A stretch of 64,000 bases of DNA from an uncultured Bacteroidales bacterium (lineage in GTDB: Bacteria > Bacteroidota > Bacteroidia > Bacteroidales > VadinHA17): positions 218,373-282,372 of the forward strand of contig CAVTDE010000006.1 in assembly GCA_963733455.1 (NCBI GenBank), read 5' to 3'. Made by a program: the position numbers and the translations under genes. The first letter of the stretch is position 1, and each line of letters opens with the position of its first letter. Positions 9,829-18,766 of this stretch are shown piece after piece. The notes beneath the pieces are model-generated. The model saw nothing but the letters and a program-made list of their open reading frames with translations, did no database searches and was not told the origin of the DNA.

Positions 9829-11058
9829 CTAGAGATAAGCTTCAGCATTTTCTGATTCACGTACGAAAGGTGCTATGGCCCTTTTATAAATTCCCTGAAC
9901 ATATGCAATTGCCATTCCATAGTTGGTTACGGGGATGCCGGCCTTAATTGCAGGGAGCAGTCTGTTATGAAGCTGTCTTCTGGTTATCATGCATCCGCCG
10001 CATTGGATAACAAGAGCATAATCCGTGACAGGGCGTGGAAGGAGATCAAGGCCGGCGACCATGTCGTATTCAATTTTCCTGCCTGTAAAGTTGCTGATCC
10101 ATCGCGGGATCTTTGTTCGGCCGATATCGTCGCAAGCTACATGGTGCGAGCATGACTCAAGGAGCAGTACTCTGTCACCGTCACGAAGCTGCGATATTTT
10201 TGGTGTGCCTTTAAGATAGTTGTCAAAATCTCCCTTAAACCTTGCAAGCATTATGCTGAAACTCGTGAGCGGGATATCGGGTGGTATTGAAGCATCGGCT
10301 TTGACGAATACCTGTGAGTCGGTAATAGCCAGGGCTGGCCTGATTTTTGTCTTTTTAAGGAAAGCATCAACTTCGCGCTCCTTCAAAACGATGGCAACAG
10401 CATCGTTATCGAGAATGTCCCGTATTGCCTGTACCTGGGGCAGGATAAGGCGGCCTGCAGGAGCTTCGACATCAATAGGCGTTATCAGAATGACAATGTC
10501 TCCGTGTGTTATAAGATCTCCAAGAAGAGCAGGCACATTATAAGAGCTCCCGGGGATGGTTTCCCTGATCAGGTTAATAAGGTTTTCGTAATTGCGTTTA
10601 TCAAGGGCTGAAAACTCAATAAGGTCATTTCCGGAATCGCTTCTTACCTTATCTCTGAACTCTGCTGTGGGTTCGACGAGGTCCGATTTACTGTGAATTA
10701 TGATGAAGGGAACGTCATGCGATTTAAAATTCTTAACAAGATCATCTTCAAATTTTCCCCATGAATTTTCAGTAATTACCAGCAGGGCAAGATCGATTAT
10801 CTCAAGCGTCCGGAGCGTCCGTTCGACTCTTTTATGTCCGAGCTCCCCGGAATCGTCAATACCGGCGGTGTCGACAAGAATTACAGGCCCGAAACCGGTT
10901 ATCTCGAATGACTTTTTCACCGGGTCAGTTGTTGTGCCGGCCTGTTCCGATACGATGGCAATATCCTGTCCGGCAAGGGAGTTGATAAGACTGCTTTTGC
11001 CGTTATTCCTCCGGCCGTAGATGCCGATATGAGGTTTAGAATCCCTGCCTTTGGTCAT
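9829..11058 (-). CDS. hydF: [FeFe]-hydrogenase H-cluster maturation GTPase HydF
   Basis: GRRNNGKSS P-loop, GTTTDPV, DTAGIDD, GRLILPQVQ, CSHH...D.IGR and QCGGCM FeS ligands, P.TNYG. The start is re-assigned to the ATG at 11058 because the longer ORF runs into a REP. Confidence 0.93.
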   Translation of the reverse strand: MTKGRDSKPHIGIYGRRNNGKSSLINSLAGQDIAIVSEQAGTTTDPVKKSFEITGFGPVILVDTAGIDDSGELGHKRVERTLRTLEIIDLALLVITENSWGKFEDDLVKNFKSHDVPFIIIHSKSDLVEPTAEFRDKVRSDSGNDLIEFSALDKRNYENLINLIRETIPGSSYNVPALLGDLITHGDIVILITPIDVEAPAGRLILPQVQAIRDILDNDAVAIVLKEREVDAFLKKTKIRPALAITDSQVFVKADASIPPDIPLTSFSIMLARFKGDFDNYLKGTPKISQLRDGDRVLLLESCSHHVACDDIGRTKIPRWISNFTGRKIEYDMVAGLDLLPRPVTDYALVIQCGGCMITRRQLHNRLLPAIKAGIPVTNYGMAIAYVQGIYKRAIAPFVRESENAEAYL

Positions 11059-11124
11059 CAGATAAAAATTATGTGCAAAATTAGTAATAATTCCAACAAA
11101 AAATTTCCGTCCAAAAAGAGCTTT

Positions 11125-11346
11125 GGGGTGTTGAAAAATTCCAAATCCATTAACCGCAAAGGTCGCAAAGATTTTACGCAAAGGTCGCAAAGAGTTGAAT
11201 TTATGTGTTTTAGCTTTGCGTTCTTTGCGCCTTCTTAGCGTGCTTTGCGGTTAAAAAGGCTTTTTCAACAACCCCAAGCTTATTTAATTGTATTTTTGCT
11301 AAATATAATTCTCAGTCTAAAACTGATTCTTAAGTTGACGGCCTAG
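11125..11346. mobile_element. Partial MITE: IR-bounded AACCGCAAAG...CTTTGCGGTT REP cargo (11125-11275) plus the MITE right arm
   Basis: GGGGTGTTGAAAAA / TTTTTCAACAACCCC ends, followed by the arm ending TTCTTAAGTTGACGGCCTAG. Confidence 0.7.
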
Positions 11347-11404
11347 GGGCTTCACTCTCTCTCCTGGGAGAGGGGGATTGATGGGGAGAGGTCGAAAGGT
11401 CTTC

Positions 11405-11495
11405 AAAAGAAATACTGCTTTTAATACTGCTTTTATTTAAAAGAAATACTGCTTTTAATACTGCTTTTATTTTAATTAAATACTGCTTTTAATAC
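11405..11495. repeat. AT-rich direct repeats: a 34-bp unit twice plus a partial copy, giving five AATACTGCTTTT motifs
   Basis: AAAAGAAATACTGCTTTTAATACTGCTTTTATTT at 11405-11438 and 11439-11472. Confidence 0.85.
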
Positions 11496-11999
11496 GTATT
11501 TCTTTTTTGAATACTTCTGTGATCAATTGATATACAGGCACATTAATTAAATATGTAATTACAGACCCGGATAGCTTGTCATTTCGGTACTATGTTCAAT
11601 TACACTTTAGTCTGATCAGGATCCTAATTCCCCGGATGGTAGATCCTCGGATATTACTGTTGTCCCTTCAGCATCACTTTTAGTGGAAAAAACATTAGGT
11701 GCCACCCTGAAATAATTCCCCACCTGCCCCAGTTGAAAATAAAATTATATAAAGTCCTGAAGGGACTTAAAAAAAATGCCACTAAAGTGGCATAATTTGA
11801 ATAACCTCCGGCGCAAGCCGGAGGTTTGTGCCACACATTGATCCTAAAACCCTGAAGGGCATACGCGTCAACTTAAGGAGTAGAATAGGATATGAATTAA
11901 GTTGTATACAGCTGATATGCAATTATTTACATTTCTCCTCCACCACTTTCCTCCCCCTGCAAGCTGGCCCCTTCGCTAAAATTGCTAAAGGGAGATTAT

Positions 12000-12359
12000 A
12001 TGAGAATTCATCAATACTTTGTATATATTTTGACCAACAGGGCCAATAAGGTTCTTTATACAGGTGTCACCAACGATCTTGAGGGACGATGCAATGAGCA
12101 TAAGAGCAAGCTTATAAAAGGCTTTACTATGAGATACAATGTTAACAGACTGGTTTATTTTGAAATATTCGATCAGGTTGAATCAGCAATTGCACGAGAA
12201 AAGCAAATAAAAGGAATGCTCAGGATAAAGAAGGTAAGTCTTATCGAAGAGTTTAACAGGGAATGGGAAGATCTTTGTAGGGATGGGAAGGTGGGGTATC
12301 CTTCAATAATGAAGAAGAATTCCTGCTCGCATGAAGGGGATCCTTCGCTTCGCTACTAA
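12000..12359 (+). CDS. Small stand-alone GIY-YIG nuclease (UPF0213-like)
   Basis: YFVYIL...LYTGVTNDL..R..EH...GFT.RYNV.RLVYFE...AIAREKQIK. The ATG at 12000 is preferred to the TTG at 11982. Confidence 0.88.
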   Translation: MRIHQYFVYILTNRANKVLYTGVTNDLEGRCNEHKSKLIKGFTMRYNVNRLVYFEIFDQVESAIAREKQIKGMLRIKKVSLIEEFNREWEDLCRDGKVGYPSIMKKNSCSHEGDPSLRY

Positions 12360-12375
12360 TGACAACATTTGTAAC

Positions 12376-13674
12376 TCATACATTATAAACAACTTGTACA
12401 TTTAGTTCTTTTGCTAGTCTGTTAAGGGATCGCTGTTTTTGTATCAGGAGTTGTTCCTCATACTTTTTAGTTCCTTCTTCTACGAAGGCCATCCCTTTTA
12501 CCATTACTCTCCAGTAAAGTACTGCAAGTTTGCGAGCAATTGATTTTATCGCAACTGGTGACCCTTTTCTAACGCTGAGTCTGCGTCCAAATGCTCCAAG
12601 TGCTATACGTTTGCTTGTTAACAGACTTTGAGCTATCTGTCTGAAGATTTGGCCTGCCTTGGGGCGTCCTGATTTTCTTCTGTTTCTATTAGTTCTGCCC
12701 GAGTTATGCTGACCCGGTGCAAGACCCAACCAGCTGGTATAATGTTTTTCTGTTGGCCATCTGGATAAATCACCACCTGTTTCTGAGAGTAGTTGCATCC
12801 AGCTGTAATCTGTTATACCCGAGACTGTGGTGGCATCCCTTCCGTTAAAGATTTTCAGCATCATTGAGCCAAGATTATCAATATCAGGTTTATTATGACG
12901 TATTGGTTTTCTGCGAACATCTGTTTTTTGATCTGGTTTACCTCTACTGATCTTTTGAAGAACCTCATCGATCATCTGGTCACACTGCTCGATCTGATTC
13001 TGATAAAAGCAATATGATTCAAAGGCTTGCCTTAGTGCAAATAATCCTTGTTTTGTATACCTGCCATTTAGAGCTTTTAATACCTCATCTTTCTTGTTTT
13101 TAATAATTTTTGTGTGGCAGAGTTTTAATAGTTTTTCCTTATCTCTTTCGCCTTTCAGGATAGCTTCTATCATAGCCAGCCCACTCACTCCATGGATCTG
13201 ATCCAATACTTCCGTAAGCCTGATATTCATTTCAGTGAGGGCTTTTTGCATATGGTTAATATGCATTGATGCCGACCGGATATGGTCTTCTCTCAGCCGC
13301 TGATATGACCTGAGTTCCTTTATATCGCTTTCTGCAACAAAACACCTGTTTAATAGTCCATAGCTATGTAACTGCTGTATCCATTGACAGTCTTTAACAT
13401 CAGTTTTTCGGCCAGGTACTTGTTTTGTTTGACGACCATCAACAAGCCAAACGTCTATTCCGGCCTCTTCCAGCATTTCATACAAAATACCCCAATAGAC
13501 TCCAGTGGCTTCCATTGCTGCAGTCTTAATATCGTTCTCAAAAAGATAATCACGTAGTTTTTCAAAGTCTTCAGTAAAGGTGTAAAAACTTTTTACCTCC
13601 TGTCCTTCGATTGCAACAAATACCTTCTTGGATCCAATGTCTATTCCAGCACAATCTTTTCTAATTTTTTCCAT
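12376..13674 (-). CDS. IS110-family DEDD recombinase/transposase
   Basis: GIDIG, MEATGVYW and RKTDVKD (RuvC-like DEDD); WLGLAP..HNSG (Tnp domain with catalytic Ser); AIKSIARKLAV. Confidence 0.95.
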   Translation of the reverse strand: MEKIRKDCAGIDIGSKKVFVAIEGQEVKSFYTFTEDFEKLRDYLFENDIKTAAMEATGVYWGILYEMLEEAGIDVWLVDGRQTKQVPGRKTDVKDCQWIQQLHSYGLLNRCFVAESDIKELRSYQRLREDHIRSASMHINHMQKALTEMNIRLTEVLDQIHGVSGLAMIEAILKGERDKEKLLKLCHTKIIKNKKDEVLKALNGRYTKQGLFALRQAFESYCFYQNQIEQCDQMIDEVLQKISRGKPDQKTDVRRKPIRHNKPDIDNLGSMMLKIFNGRDATTVSGITDYSWMQLLSETGGDLSRWPTEKHYTSWLGLAPGQHNSGRTNRNRRKSGRPKAGQIFRQIAQSLLTSKRIALGAFGRRLSVRKGSPVAIKSIARKLAVLYWRVMVKGMAFVEEGTKKYEEQLLIQKQRSLNRLAKELNVQVVYNV

Positions 13675-13699
13675 ACTTGTAATACATTAAATTATACAA

Positions 13700-13895
13700 A
13701 AGATTACACCCGGAAGGTCTTTGGAAATTGCAATGCTACTAATCGGACATTCCTTTTAGGAAGTACCATACCTGAAGACTTTATCTTCCGGAACCATACT
13801 CAGGAGCAGGCAAAATGCACTATTCAAGCGAAGGTCATGCTTGTGTAACCCGTACAAAATTAATTGATTCTGGTTGTCATAATACCAGAAGTACA
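13700..13895 (-). ncRNA. Putative IS110 bridge RNA (5' hairpin, target-binding loop, donor-binding loop)
   Basis: Guide-like segments match the target (AGCGAAG at 13827-13833, CTCAGGA at 13799-13805) and the donor (CTACTAAT at 13736-13743). Stems: TTCTGGT/ACCAGAA, TTACAC/GTGTAA, CCGGAAG/CTTCCGG, GTCTT/AAGAC, TTCCT/AGGAA. Boundaries are approximate. Confidence 0.8.
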
Positions 13896-14051
13896 AAACT
13901 TTGGATAAAAACTCAGGATGACAAGCGGAGTTGAGTCTGGTTTAGGGGGGAAAAGCAGCGAGCCGCCATCCGGCATTCTTCATAGTTTATTGATTAGCTA
14001 AATGGCGGCTCACTGCTTCTCCCCCCTCTTCCAATATATTCGCTAATGACC

Positions 14052-14079
14052 TGTCATCCTGAGCGAAGCGAAGGATCCC
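14052..14079. repeat. Intact REP TGTCATCCTGAGCGAAGCGAAGGATCCC, inverted partner of the IS110-interrupted copy
   Basis: 28/28 match to the reconstructed empty site (12337-12354 plus 13914-13923). A GC-rich hairpin at about 13946-14027 lies between the pair. Confidence 0.88.
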
Positions 14080-14561
14080 TTTATCAATTAAACAAGATGT
14101 TATGAAAGATTAGCTTCAAAAGGGGACCGAGCGTAAAAAAATTGCCCGGTGGGCAATTTTAGCGAAGGGGCCAGCCTGCAGGGGAAGGGGAAGCATGTGG
14201 TGGAGGGGAAACTTATTTAATTGAATTTCTGCTAATTAGATAATTATAAGTATAAATCTGATCCTTAAGTTGACGCGTATGCCTGAAGGGGCTTAATAAA
14301 GTTGATTATTTGTTAATCAGCTTTTGCAACTTAGGTTTGTTTCACAGCCGGAACATCATAAGAAATCGACTTTTAAAGAGGGGGTACAGGAGTTTGAAAA
14401 TGATGTAGGGATTAAAACTAACGATAAGTACTTTCCTTAGATTTCAGATTCAGCTCCTTCAGAGCTGATGTGTGTAATATACGTATACCTCCGGTTGCAC
14501 CGGAGGTTATTCAAATATAGCTCTTTCAGAGCCGGGTTTCTAAGCAAATTTTGGAGAAACC

Positions 14562-16001
14562 TTATTTAAGATCTTCGAGGGAGAAACCTAATTTCAGAAG
14601 GTTACCGGGCTGGAGGATTTCTTTTAACCGGGCTTCACCGATGATATTAAGTATCCGGTTTGCTTCAAAGATATCATAATTTTTCTCCTTCATGAGTTTT
14701 GCCAGTTCAGCTGCCTTATGATAGCCTGTGTGCGGAGTAAGGGCAGTTGTAACCGAAGGACTGTGCATCAGTGAGTAATACCCTGAACTTTCATTTATCG
14801 TCATCCCGTCGATAAGGTTTTCTTCAGTTGTTTTGCATGAAGAAATCAGGAGTTTGATACTTTCAAGAACTGAATACCCGATAACAGGAAGGTAAGGATT
14901 GAGTTCCAGGCAACCCTGTCCGCAAAGAGAAGCTACAAGAGTATCGTTGGAATATACTTTGTGAGAAGCAGAGATCACAAATTCGGGTATGACGGGATTT
15001 ATTTTTCCTGGCATTATTGAGCTTCCCACCTGTTTTTCAGGAATTGTAATGCTTTTGTCACCAACTAAATCAGAGGCAAGAAGCCGCAGATCCGAAACCA
15101 TTTTCTCGAGGTTTACTGCAAGAGCTTTAAGGGTAGCATGAACTTCCACCCATTTATCGAGATTGGAAGTGGCATCTGAAAGATTTTCACTATGAGAAAC
15201 GGGAAGCCGTGTAAGATCGCGAAGTTCCGGAACAACCTGCATGATAAAGAACCGTGGTATTGCAAGGCCTGTTCCGATTGCTCCTCCGCCAAGATTTATT
15301 GGCTTGAGCCTTTCGATACATTTTGATACCCTCCACCAGTCGCGCGATAGCGCATCATTATAAGTGCTGAAAAGAAGACTGAAGGAAGAAGGCACAGCTT
15401 CCTGCATCTGCGTGAATCCGGGACGCAGTTTATCATCTGATTCCCTCTCAAGCCTTTCAATCTTTAAACGCAGGCTGTTGATGCAGCTTTCGAGAGCCTG
15501 CAGCATCCACATTGCTGCAACCGTAAGGGCGGTTGGAATTACATCATTAGTCGACTGATAGACATTTGCATGTTCAGTAGGATCAATATAATCGTAGCTT
15601 CCGTATTTTCTCCCTGTTTTATGCAGAGCGGCATTTGCAATGATCTCATTTATATTCATATTAATGCTTGTGCCGGCCCCGCCCTGAATTGCAGGTACAA
15701 TGAAGTGCTCGAAATATCTTCCTTCCGATACTTCTCCGGCAGCTTCAATCATGGCTTCAAGGATATCATCACCTATCATCCTGAAAGAAAGAGTCTCTCC
15801 GTATTTTTCCGTGGCTGCGTTCCGGAATTTACGATAAGTGTTATAACATGCCAGTTTTGTGATGCCGACAGCTTTGTACCATTCGAGAGGGAAAGGTGTG
15901 TTATCAGGGAAATTCTCTTTTGCCCTCAGGGCATGAATTCCGTACAGAGCATCCGAGGGGATCTCTTTCTGGCCGAGGGTGTCTTTTTCAATACGCAGCA
16001 T
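14562..16001 (-). CDS. aspA: Aspartate ammonia-lyase family protein (fumarase/aspartase superfamily)
   Basis: R.EKDTLG...YGIHALRA.ENF, QGGAGTSINMNINE, QSTNDVIPTA, GSSIMPGKINPVIPE signature. Start re-assigned to the ATG at 16001. Confidence 0.8.
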   Translation of the reverse strand: MLRIEKDTLGQKEIPSDALYGIHALRAKENFPDNTPFPLEWYKAVGITKLACYNTYRKFRNAATEKYGETLSFRMIGDDILEAMIEAAGEVSEGRYFEHFIVPAIQGGAGTSINMNINEIIANAALHKTGRKYGSYDYIDPTEHANVYQSTNDVIPTALTVAAMWMLQALESCINSLRLKIERLERESDDKLRPGFTQMQEAVPSSFSLLFSTYNDALSRDWWRVSKCIERLKPINLGGGAIGTGLAIPRFFIMQVVPELRDLTRLPVSHSENLSDATSNLDKWVEVHATLKALAVNLEKMVSDLRLLASDLVGDKSITIPEKQVGSSIMPGKINPVIPEFVISASHKVYSNDTLVASLCGQGCLELNPYLPVIGYSVLESIKLLISSCKTTEENLIDGMTINESSGYYSLMHSPSVTTALTPHTGYHKAAELAKLMKEKNYDIFEANRILNIIGEARLKEILQPGNLLKLGFSLEDLK

Positions 16002-16057
16002 GACAGATCTACTTTTCAAACCCCCCTTCAGGGGGGATGGGGCTAAAACCACTAAGG

Positions 16058-17233
16058 TTAGATATTCGAACCGGAGACGGGACGAGCATATGCAAGAACA
16101 TCGGCGCCGGTTATTTCATCCCTGCAAAGGATAATAAGTCTTTCAAGAACATTTCTGAATTCACGGATATTGCCTGTCCATTTTATATTCTGGAGCTCAT
16201 CAATGGCATCCCTGGTTATTTTTTTCTTGCACATCCCGTATTCACTGCAAATCAATGAATTAAAATATTCTGCAAGAATAGGTATATCTTCAATGCGTTC
16301 ATTCAGTGTCGGAACATTTATCAGTATTACACTAAGCCTGTGATAAAGGTCTTCCCTGAAGTTTCTGTTCTCGATCTCTTCCTTGATATTTTTGTTTGTT
16401 GCCGTGATGACCCTGACATTTACATGTATATCTTTATCGGAACCAACCCTCGAGATTTTATTTTCCTGCAGAGCCCTGAGCACTTTTGCCTGTGCAGAGA
16501 GGCTCATATCTCCAATTTCATCGAGGAAAAGAGTACCTCCGTTTGCCTGTTCAAACTTTCCGATACGCTGCTTAATTGCTGATGTAAAGGAACCCTTTTC
16601 ATGGCCAAAAAGCTCACTTTCAATAAGTTCTGAAGGAATAGCAGCGCAATTCACCTCAACAAAGGGAGCTTTTGCCCTGTTGCTTTTCTCGTGGATCTGA
16701 TGGGCAACGAGTTCCTTCCCTGTACCGTTTGCTCCTGTAATAAGAACACGTGCTTCAGTTGCAGCAACTCTGTCGATCATCTCCTTCACCTTTTTAATGG
16801 CTGGCGATTCACCAACCATCTCATACATCTTGCTCACCTTGTTTTTCAGAACCTGGGTCTGGGTAATAAGGGTCGATCTGTCGGTCGCATTGCGGATCGT
16901 TATAAGCAATCTGTTCAGGTCAAGAGGTTTTTCCAAAAAATCATAAGCTCCTTTTTTTATTGCCTCAACAGCTGTGTCGATATTGCCGTGGCCGGAGATC
17001 ATGACTACCGGGATATCGGGTGAGGTTTCGTAGATTTTCTGCAGCACTTCGATTCCATCCATTTTTGCCATTTTAATATCGCAAAGGACAATGTCGTAAG
17101 AATTTGCATTGAATAATTCCAGACCCGAAGGTCCATCCTCTGCAGTATCTACTTCATGCTTTTCATATTCAAGGACCTCTTTCAGGGTATTTCGGATCGC
17201 CCTTTCATCGTCAATAACTAAAATTTTGGACAT
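16058..17233 (-). CDS. Sigma-54-type (NtrC/NtrX-like) response regulator: REC plus AAA+
   Basis: VIDDE, DIKM..MDG, GANGTGKE, ESELFGHEKGSFTSA, FLDEIGD, WTGNIREFRN. No clear C-terminal Fis HTH. Confidence 0.9.
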   Translation of the reverse strand: MSKILVIDDERAIRNTLKEVLEYEKHEVDTAEDGPSGLELFNANSYDIVLCDIKMAKMDGIEVLQKIYETSPDIPVVMISGHGNIDTAVEAIKKGAYDFLEKPLDLNRLLITIRNATDRSTLITQTQVLKNKVSKMYEMVGESPAIKKVKEMIDRVAATEARVLITGANGTGKELVAHQIHEKSNRAKAPFVEVNCAAIPSELIESELFGHEKGSFTSAIKQRIGKFEQANGGTLFLDEIGDMSLSAQAKVLRALQENKISRVGSDKDIHVNVRVITATNKNIKEEIENRNFREDLYHRLSVILINVPTLNERIEDIPILAEYFNSLICSEYGMCKKKITRDAIDELQNIKWTGNIREFRNVLERLIILCRDEITGADVLAYARPVSGSNI

Positions 17234-17264
17234 TGCTTTATATTCTTTTACCAGTTTTTTTTAC

Positions 17265-17367
17265 CCCCTGCCCCCTAAAGGGGGTTCCATAAGTATTTGT
17301 TAATCAATAAGTCCCCTTTAGGGGATTTAGGGGTGAAAAACGGAGGAGGTACTTTTGATACAGCCTT
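17265..17367. repeat. CCCCT-AAA-GGGG REP-like element
   Basis: Matches 9731-9826 directly and 2109-2223 in inverted orientation. Confidence 0.75.
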
Positions 17368-17375
17368 AATTCCTG

Positions 17376-18734
17376 TTAACCTGTGTACCTGAGCCACTTC
17401 CACATCTCTTTCCAGGAGGTCTTCTTGCCATACATCAGGATACCGGTCCGGTAGATTTTTGCTGCCATCCAGACAAATGCAGCGAATGTGACCAACATAA
17501 GTAGCATTGAAACGGCAATTTGCCAGTAGGGGACGTTAAAAGGCAGACGGGCAACCATCACAATGGGTGCAGTAAAAGGTATCAGGGAACACCAGAACGA
17601 CAGAGAGCTCTCAGGGTTCTGCATCGTACCCATTGCCACCATCAGCGCCAGGATAATCGGTATTGTGACCGGCAGCATAAATTGCTGTGTCTCTGTTTCA
17701 TTATCAACCGCCGATCCGATAGCTGCGAACACTGAGGCATAAAGAAGATAGCCTGTAACAAAATAGAATATAAAACAAATTATAATCAAACCCCAGGGTT
17801 GATTCATTGCACTATCGAAGTATTTTGAAAACTCGGCCATTTGCGGAGTCATTCCTGTTGATTGAGCTGTTACTGCCGCCTGCTGGTCTTGAGTCATTAT
17901 ATTTTTTGTAATATTCTGAGTGGTCTCAGTCACATTGGCTTTTTGCAGAACTGTTGATTTGATCACACCTGCAATTGCTATTGTCAGGAACACCCAGATA
18001 AGGAACTGGGTCAGCCCGACAAGGGCAATACCAATTATCTTTCCCATCATAAGCTGGACCGGTTTTACAGATGAAACTATCACCTCTACCACCCGGCTTG
18101 TCTTTTCCTCAATCACTCCTCTCATAACCTGGGCACCAAACATGAACACAAGCATATACATAAGGAAACCGCTTATGTACGCGAGGGCCATTGAAATTCC
18201 TGTACTCGTTTCCTTAACCTGACCCGTATCATCAATTTTAACAGTCTGAATTGAGATTTTTGTTTCGACATTTTTCATTATCTCATCGAGATTATCGATG
18301 TTATATGTCATAAGCTTCTGTCTCTCAATCTCCTTCTCAAGTGAATTCCGGATATGATCCAGAAGGCCTATCGGAGGTTGCTGTTTCGAGATCAATTGTA
18401 TTGCGTTGGGTGTGGTTATAATCTCGGGCGAAATGTAAAGTATTCCATAATAACCAGCCTTTTCAAAACTGTTTTTAAGGTCGCTGACCTTTGCATTCTC
18501 AAGGTAATCGAACTCCAGATTCTCAGTGTTTTTAATGACACCCTTAAAAAGATCAGATCCCTCCTCGATAACCGCAATCTTTTTAAAGTCCTGATCCTGG
18601 TTCATCATTACCAGTGTTGGCACAAATATCAGGGCTGCCATAAGGACCGGAGCCAGAATTGTCATAATAATGAATGACTTTTTCCTGACCCTTGTCATGT
18701 ATTCTCTTTTTACTATTATAGATATCTTATTCAT
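17376..18734 (-). CDS. ABC-2 type transporter permease (NatB/YhaP-like)
   Basis: REY.TRVRKKSF, GVIEEKTSRVVEVIVSSVKP.QLMMGKIIG, IPFTAPIVMVAR. Confidence 0.9.
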   Translation of the reverse strand: MNKISIIVKREYMTRVRKKSFIIMTILAPVLMAALIFVPTLVMMNQDQDFKKIAVIEEGSDLFKGVIKNTENLEFDYLENAKVSDLKNSFEKAGYYGILYISPEIITTPNAIQLISKQQPPIGLLDHIRNSLEKEIERQKLMTYNIDNLDEIMKNVETKISIQTVKIDDTGQVKETSTGISMALAYISGFLMYMLVFMFGAQVMRGVIEEKTSRVVEVIVSSVKPVQLMMGKIIGIALVGLTQFLIWVFLTIAIAGVIKSTVLQKANVTETTQNITKNIMTQDQQAAVTAQSTGMTPQMAEFSKYFDSAMNQPWGLIIICFIFYFVTGYLLYASVFAAIGSAVDNETETQQFMLPVTIPIILALMVAMGTMQNPESSLSFWCSLIPFTAPIVMVARLPFNVPYWQIAVSMLLMLVTFAAFVWMAAKIYRTGILMYGKKTSWKEMWKWLRYTG

Positions 18735-18766
18735 ATTCAGAAATTTATATTGTCTGTCCTTATCAT

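Larger units (their letters stand above)
12355..13913 (-). mobile_element. IS110-family insertion sequence, 1559 bp, inserted at a CT core in a REP
   Basis: Removing the element and one CT regenerates GGGATCCTTCGCTTCGCTCAGGATGACA, the exact reverse complement of 14052-14079. Confidence 0.92.
11860..14281. mobile_element. Cargo-loaded MITE-like element with TIRs CATACGCGTCAACTTAAGGA / TCCTTAAGTTGACGCGTATG and 9-bp TSD CCTGAAGGG
   Basis: Perfect 20-bp terminal inverted repeats; CCTGAAGGG at 11851-11859 and 14282-14290. Confidence 0.85.

Noticed and set aside
11059-11238. N-terminal extension of HydF and the 11029-11238 ORF
   Set aside because: Both read through a REP palindrome; HydF homology starts at MTKGRDSKPHIG.
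11405-11495. CRISPR array (also considered for 21948-22075 and 40117-40293)
   Set aside because: The repeats are tandem, without unique spacers of constant length, and no cas genes are present.
13778-13786. TTTATC as a firm left donor guide of the bridge RNA
   Set aside because: It matches GATAAA of the donor but sits as a bulge in the closing stem and does not reach the CT core, so it is left unresolved.
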